From assembly GCF_000283555.1 (NCBI RefSeq), contig NC_016012.1:1170001-1202000 (forward strand): 32,000 bases of DNA, written 5' to 3'. The stretch is from Candidatus Arthromitus sp. SFB-rat-Yit (GTDB lineage: Bacteria > Bacillota > Clostridia > Clostridiales > Clostridiaceae). Positions within the stretch are counted from its first letter, which is position 1. Each line of letters starts with the position of its first letter. Below are positions 27,638 to 32,000 of this stretch, piece after piece. A program made the translations under genes and the position numbers. The notes beneath the pieces were generated by a model. The model ran no database searches. It was not told where the DNA came from and worked only from the letters and a program-made list of their open reading frames with translations.

Positions 27638-27784
27638 ATGGAAATTTTAATTATACTGATTATTGTTTTTGTAAGCTTTTTACACATCTTAAAAATAATT
27701 TTTAAAAAAGATAACTCTTGCAAAAATTGTAATAAATCATGTAAAAAAAATGATATAATAACAAAAATTAAAAAAAATGGATAA
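27638..27784 (+). CDS. FeoB-associated Cys-rich small membrane protein (48 aa)
   Basis: Translated by hand: MEILIILIIVFVSFLHILKIIFKKDNSCKNCNKSCKKNDIITKIKKNG. It has one N-terminal TM helix, then C-x2-C-x3-C. The ATG lies 4 nt after the feoB stop. It is below the ORF-track length cutoff. Confidence 0.6.
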   Translation: MEILIILIIVFVSFLHILKIIFKKDNSCKNCNKSCKKNDIITKIKKNG

Positions 27785-27961
27785 ATTTTATAAACAATTT
27801 CTATTTAATTTTATATATCTTAAAATATTGTAAAATCTATATTGTTATTTTTTAATATCAAATTATTCCACAATGTCCACATATTTATTCACAATTTTTA
27901 TTAATATTTTGTTATAATTTATCAATTCAGAATATTTTTATATGTGTTTTAAATAAAAATA

Positions 27962-28018
27962 GCTAAGTTATTCACAATGTGTTGTTAACTATGTGTATAA
28001 CTTAGCATAATTTTTGTT
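27962..28018. terminator. Long hairpin, probable bidirectional terminator between convergent feo and GH94 genes
   Basis: GCTAAGTTAT (27962-27971) pairs with ATAACTTAGC (27997-28006) and is extended by CACA/TGTG after one T-T mismatch. It is followed on plus by ATAATTTTTGTT and preceded by AAATAAAAAT, which is a T-run on minus. Confidence 0.5.
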
Positions 28019-28054
28019 AATATATGTTGATACTTTAAAAATATCTCCTCCATA

Positions 28055-30400
28055 CTATTTAAAATAAACTTCAACATAATACTCACTATTTCTTTTTATA
28101 TCTTTTATAAGATTCCCAACTATTTTCTCTTTATTTACATAAATTTCTAAATATTTCACATTTTTCCGTTTAAAAATTATATTAAATTTTGAATCTCTAT
28201 ATTTTTTTACTATAGAAAATTCATTCCACTCTTTAAAAGGTTTTGGATCTATCAAAAGCCCATAAATAGTTCCCCTAACTCCTATCACAAAATTTGTTAT
28301 AATCCTATGAAACCAAACAGAAGAACCCGTATTAAAACTCCAATTTCCTCTTCCAAAATCAAAAGAATAATCTCCCTCAACACTAGATGGCATAACATAT
28401 GGTTCTATTTGATATAAATCAATTTTATCACTCTTCCTTATTGGATTTATTTTATCTATTATCTCTTTTGCAATATCAATGCGATTAATTAAAATAAACG
28501 AAAGTATTCCCCACATACATGCATGATAATATATAGATCCATTTTCTCTTATACCTTCTGCATATCTTGTGATATATCCTATATCTTTGTTTGAAATTTT
28601 ATATGGAGGATTTAAAATTTTTAATCCAAACTCTGTATTTAATAATTCATATACTTTATCCATTATATTTTTGCTTCTTTCAAAATCGCATACTCCACTT
28701 ATAACTCCAAAAACTTGAGGAAGTAAAAATATACGTTTATCCTCATCACAGCATCCTATTTTTATTCCATTGGATATTCCTCTTAAATACCATTTCTTAT
28801 GAAATCCAAATTTATTTATCGAATTTTTTAAAAACTCAATATAATATGTAATTTTATTTATAAAAAATAAATCATTCATAATTTCACATATCGGTTTTAT
28901 TTCTTTCAAAATTAAATAAAGAAACTCACTTACAAATATACTATCTCCATTAAAATTACTTAAAGCATCATTCCAATCATGTTTTAAAATTAGAGAAAGA
29001 CCCCTTTCACTTAAATTTTTTAAAGAATAATCTATGCTCCTCTTTAAGTGATCATATAAACTATCCTTTATAAAACTATCTAAATAACTAAGATTTTCAT
29101 TTAAAATACCAAAATCTTGAGTTTCATTTATATATACTATCGTTGCATATACAAGCCATAAATGATCATCACTAGAATTAGTATCTATACAATATTCAGA
29201 TTCATCCAAAAAATAATGAACAACTCTACCATCTATAAATTCCATATTCCCATGCATTAAAATTTGTTTTCTCATCAATTCACTTTTAGAATTTAAAAAT
29301 ATCATAGAATCTTGAAGATGATCTCTAAATCCAACCCCTTTGTTTATTTGATAATAAGATGCTTTCCCCAAAAACCTACACGAAATAGTTTGATATTTGC
29401 ACCATATATTAACCATAAAATCTATACTTTTATCGGGAGTTAATATAATTTCTTCATCTATAAACCCCCTCATATAATTTTTAAACTTTTGAAACTCAGA
29501 AATTATATCATTAAGTGATTTATATTTAATAAGAACACTTTTAATTTCATCTTCTGATTCGCATATTCCCATATAAATAGATGTCTCTTTTTTATCATAC
29601 GGATTCAAATTTAAATGCGTTTGAATACAAGATACTATATGTAAATTTTTACCGCTCTTATTGGATAAATATTTTTCTCTAAGAGATTTAGGATTTTTTA
29701 TAGAATTATACATTCCTATAAAACTCTCTTTACACGTGTCATAAGAAACTATCTTATCCAAAGATGTCATAAAGAATTTATATCTATATTCCCTATTATT
29801 GTAATTTCCATCTTTATCCATTACTCCCCAAAATGTTTTATTACAAATAATAGAATTTAATTTTGAATCAAACCTACTTTTTATAAATAATTTATCAAAC
29901 TCCCTATTTTCTTCAGGAAAATTTGATAAATACGGCTCTACGTAACTAAAAATACTAAGTCTTCTATGAATCCCCGATAAATTTTCGAGCTTAAATAAAT
30001 AAAACTCAACTCTATCATCTTTTGATAAAAAAACTTTAAGAGTTGACTTAATCCCATTATAAGTATGAGTAAAAATAGCATACCCAATACCATATATAAC
30101 TTTATAATCATCCCCACACAAATCAAAAGGCTTATATGTAAATCCCCAAACATCCATTGTATCTTCATCTCTTATATAAAAGTACTTTCCAAAATCATCA
30201 AGTATAGAATCTTGAACAAATCTTGTAATTCTATTTTCAATAGAATTTTTCCCCCAAGAATATCCCCCACCTGTTTGCGTTACCAAAATTGAGTATTTAC
30301 CATTGCTTATTATATTGCTCCATGGTTTTGGAGTTCTTGGATTTGTTATTATATACTCATATCCATCATTTGAAAAATATCCATATTTACAGGAGAACAT
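28055..30400 (-). CDS. GH94-family glycoside phosphorylase (cellobiose/chitobiose phosphorylase-like)
   Basis: The N-terminus KYGYFSNDGYEYIITNPRTPKPWSNIISNG matches the GH94 opening pattern (FGYFDD..REYVIT.P.TP.PW.NY). The catalytic-region motif is GVGFRDHLQDS, with GSIYYHACMW later. Product is about 781 aa. Start is set to ATG 30400 (GGAG 11 nt upstream) rather than GTG 30412. Confidence 0.75.
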   Translation of the reverse strand: MFSCKYGYFSNDGYEYIITNPRTPKPWSNIISNGKYSILVTQTGGGYSWGKNSIENRITRFVQDSILDDFGKYFYIRDEDTMDVWGFTYKPFDLCGDDYKVIYGIGYAIFTHTYNGIKSTLKVFLSKDDRVEFYLFKLENLSGIHRRLSIFSYVEPYLSNFPEENREFDKLFIKSRFDSKLNSIICNKTFWGVMDKDGNYNNREYRYKFFMTSLDKIVSYDTCKESFIGMYNSIKNPKSLREKYLSNKSGKNLHIVSCIQTHLNLNPYDKKETSIYMGICESEDEIKSVLIKYKSLNDIISEFQKFKNYMRGFIDEEIILTPDKSIDFMVNIWCKYQTISCRFLGKASYYQINKGVGFRDHLQDSMIFLNSKSELMRKQILMHGNMEFIDGRVVHYFLDESEYCIDTNSSDDHLWLVYATIVYINETQDFGILNENLSYLDSFIKDSLYDHLKRSIDYSLKNLSERGLSLILKHDWNDALSNFNGDSIFVSEFLYLILKEIKPICEIMNDLFFINKITYYIEFLKNSINKFGFHKKWYLRGISNGIKIGCCDEDKRIFLLPQVFGVISGVCDFERSKNIMDKVYELLNTEFGLKILNPPYKISNKDIGYITRYAEGIRENGSIYYHACMWGILSFILINRIDIAKEIIDKINPIRKSDKIDLYQIEPYVMPSSVEGDYSFDFGRGNWSFNTGSSVWFHRIITNFVIGVRGTIYGLLIDPKPFKEWNEFSIVKKYRDSKFNIIFKRKNVKYLEIYVNKEKIVGNLIKDIKRNSEYYVEVYFK

Positions 30401-30473
30401 ACAAAAATACACTCCACTCTAAAATCATTTTAATCTATTATTACTATAACTTAATAATTATATTCTAATATTT

Positions 30474-30504
30474 AAAATAAAAAAAGTAGGACAATATCCT
30501 ACTT
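30474..30504 (-). terminator. Rho-independent terminator of the mscS-lipoprotein operon
   Basis: On the minus strand an AAGTAGGA/TCCTACTT stem (30504-30497 and 30491-30484) with a 5-nt loop is followed by TTTTTTTATTTT. The stem overlaps the stop at 30503-30505. Confidence 0.65.
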
Positions 30505-31540
30505 AACTATATAAAATCAATCCCGATACAACACTATTTTTATCCATATTTAACTTTATATTCTTAGAGAGTTTAAAATCTTTCGCATCATATATTTCTA
30601 AATACTTATCAGATAATATAAAAATTTTATCATCTAATATATCAAATACCTTTATATTATAATCAAATTCTATTTTGTAACTCTTTAATGATTTCCTATC
30701 AATTTTTATCACACTATCTTTATTTAAATCTTTGTTATCCCCTCTAACTGTAACATAAATACTATCTTCGTATAATAATATCTTATCTAAATTATTTCTA
30801 ATAGTATTTATATAATCAAAACTTTTAGTGTATATATCGTAAATCCCGACTTTACCAGAATCAATCTTTGAATTAACATCATAATTTGTGAAATATATTT
30901 TCCCTTCATAATAAAACATATCATTTTGATATAATCCAAATTTTGATAGATTAAATCTACTTATATTCTCCAAGCTATCCTTATTTAACACATTTAAGTA
31001 AGAATTTCCATTATTATTTCTACTAAAAATATATACATTTTCATCGTCAACATGTATTTTCCCAACCACATGATCGTCTATACTAACTGTCTTAACTATC
31101 TTTAGTGACTCTTTATTGCAAATGCTTAGTTTATTTAAAGAATGCGTTATGTAAATCTTATCATTATACATAAAAATCTTATAAATATCTTCAATATCTA
31201 AATCAATTTTTGTATATCCATTATTGTATTTATCAATTTGTATTAAGTAACTATCACCTTTTGTTGAAACTATATCATTTGATTTAGCATAAAAATATGA
31301 ATCATCAGACGGTACAAAATTTCCAAGATAACTTATTCCTTCAAGTGAAAATTTTATCCTACTGCCTTCATGACCTTCACTATCATATTGATTTATAAAA
31401 GATTCCTTCCTATCTTTATTAAAATTTACAATCCCAATATAATATCCGTGATTCAAATTACTTGCATACTCTACACTACATGATACAAAAAACATAAATA
31501 TCATGGAAATAATAAATATAGATTTGATAACATATCGCAT
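30503..31540 (-). CDS. Lipoprotein with YVTN-type beta-propeller-like repeats
   Basis: Signal peptide plus lipobox MRYVIKSIFIISMIFMFFVSC-SV. Blade-like strands recur every 40-50 aa: KIYITHS, NVYIFSR, KIYFTNY, SIYVTVR and KIFILSD. Confidence 0.55.
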   Translation of the reverse strand: MRYVIKSIFIISMIFMFFVSCSVEYASNLNHGYYIGIVNFNKDRKESFINQYDSEGHEGSRIKFSLEGISYLGNFVPSDDSYFYAKSNDIVSTKGDSYLIQIDKYNNGYTKIDLDIEDIYKIFMYNDKIYITHSLNKLSICNKESLKIVKTVSIDDHVVGKIHVDDENVYIFSRNNNGNSYLNVLNKDSLENISRFNLSKFGLYQNDMFYYEGKIYFTNYDVNSKIDSGKVGIYDIYTKSFDYINTIRNNLDKILLYEDSIYVTVRGDNKDLNKDSVIKIDRKSLKSYKIEFDYNIKVFDILDDKIFILSDKYLEIYDAKDFKLSKNIKLNMDKNSVVSGLILYS

Positions 31541-31549
31541 TTTTACCTC

Positions 31550-32000
31550 CTAATTCTTCATGATAGAGTACCTCTGTGTTGGTAAAATAATATTTTCTGA
31601 TAATAACCTGTCCATTATTAATTTCCTTAGTTCATTTTCTATATTCCAATGACTTAAAGGCTTTGCATATCCAACTACCCTATATGTTATAGCTACCTGA
31701 TCTGTTGAAATAATACCATAAATATAAGGTTTTACCGTTATATCATCGTGTGAATAATTATTCAAAACGTAATTTATATTTTCGCTTACAGCTTTTGACT
31801 TTTGAGATAATCCAACTTGTATATCTATTAAAATTCTTGAATCTTTTCTTGAGTGATTCGTAATCTGATTTATTGATCCATTCGGTATTATGTGATAATC
31901 ACCATTAAAATCTCTAAGCTTAGTTACTCGTACTTGTATACTATCTACTATTCCCTTAAACTCATTTGATCCTTTATTTATAGTAATATAATCACCAAAA
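31550..32000 (-). CDS. mscS: MscS-family mechanosensitive channel, C-terminal part (gene runs off the right edge)
   Basis: Hand translation upstream of the track start continues without a stop to the window edge: FGDYITINKGSNEFKGIVDSIQVRVTKLRDFNGDYHIIPNGSINQITNHSRKDSRILIDIQVG.... This is the MscS beta-domain signature (GD.I...G..G.V..I....T.lr..dG....iPN......i.N.S). The track start at 31765 is an internal TTG. Confidence 0.8.
   Translation of the reverse strand, partial: FGDYITINKGSNEFKGIVDSIQVRVTKLRDFNGDYHIIPNGSINQITNHSRKDSRILIDIQVGLSQKSKAVSENINYVLNNYSHDDITVKPYIYGIISTDQVAITYRVVGYAKPLSHWNIENELRKLIMDRLLSENIILPTQRYSIMKN

Noticed and set aside
28044-28050. GGAGGAG on the minus strand just after the GH94 stop, suggesting a downstream small ORF
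   Set aside because: No start codon lies within a usable distance. The nearest ATG opens only a 7-codon frame inside the terminator hairpin.
1-32000. Search for CRISPR arrays, tandem repeats, IS elements, integrases, prophage genes, and tRNA or rRNA genes
   Set aside because: By eye I found no periodic direct repeats with spacers, no transposase or recombinase-like ORFs, and no GC-enriched structured-RNA islands. The window reads as core chromosome, although an unaided read can miss short or degenerate elements.

Overview
Very AT-rich window (roughly three-quarters A+T by eye). GGAGG-type Shine-Dalgarno sites, frequent TTG/GTG starts, lipobox lipoproteins and compact operons suggest a low-GC Firmicutes/Clostridia-like anaerobe; that assignment is inference. 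Content is mainly chromosomal housekeeping. Left to right: a sufC-sufB-sufD-sufS Fe-S assembly operon (minus strand, sufS cut by the left edge); an orphan 210-aa protein; a polytopic membrane protein with a Cof-type HAD phosphatase; a secreted GH63/YgjK-like glycosidase; an orphan 112-aa protein; a shikimate operon aroF-aroA-aroC-aroB with a secreted DUF4214-repeat protein as an apparent fifth cistron; class II (B12-dependent) ribonucleotide reductase nrdJ followed by a possibly degenerate PHP-like protein; a small 3-TM basic-tailed membrane protein divergent from an Lrp/AsnC regulator; plsC followed by a large divergent PEPCK/HprK-superfamily P-loop protein; a ComEC-type MBL lipoprotein; gltX; a stand-alone RNase H/DnaQ-fold protein; feoA-feoB plus a 48-codon Cys-rich membrane ORF missing from the ORF track; an isolated GH94 glycoside phosphorylase; and a mscS (partial) plus beta-propeller lipoprotein operon. 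I saw no rRNA, tRNA, CRISPR array, transposase, integrase or phage genes, and no convincing riboswitch. I cannot identify a clear multi-gene novel system such as a defence island. The best candidates for unexplored biology are the plsC-linked PEPCK/HprK-like protein (19751-21517), the nrdJ-linked PHP-like protein, the DUF4214 protein attached to the aro operon, and two long non-coding spacers (8584-8984, 27785-28054). All family assignments rest on motifs read by eye and remembered family signatures; no searches were run.
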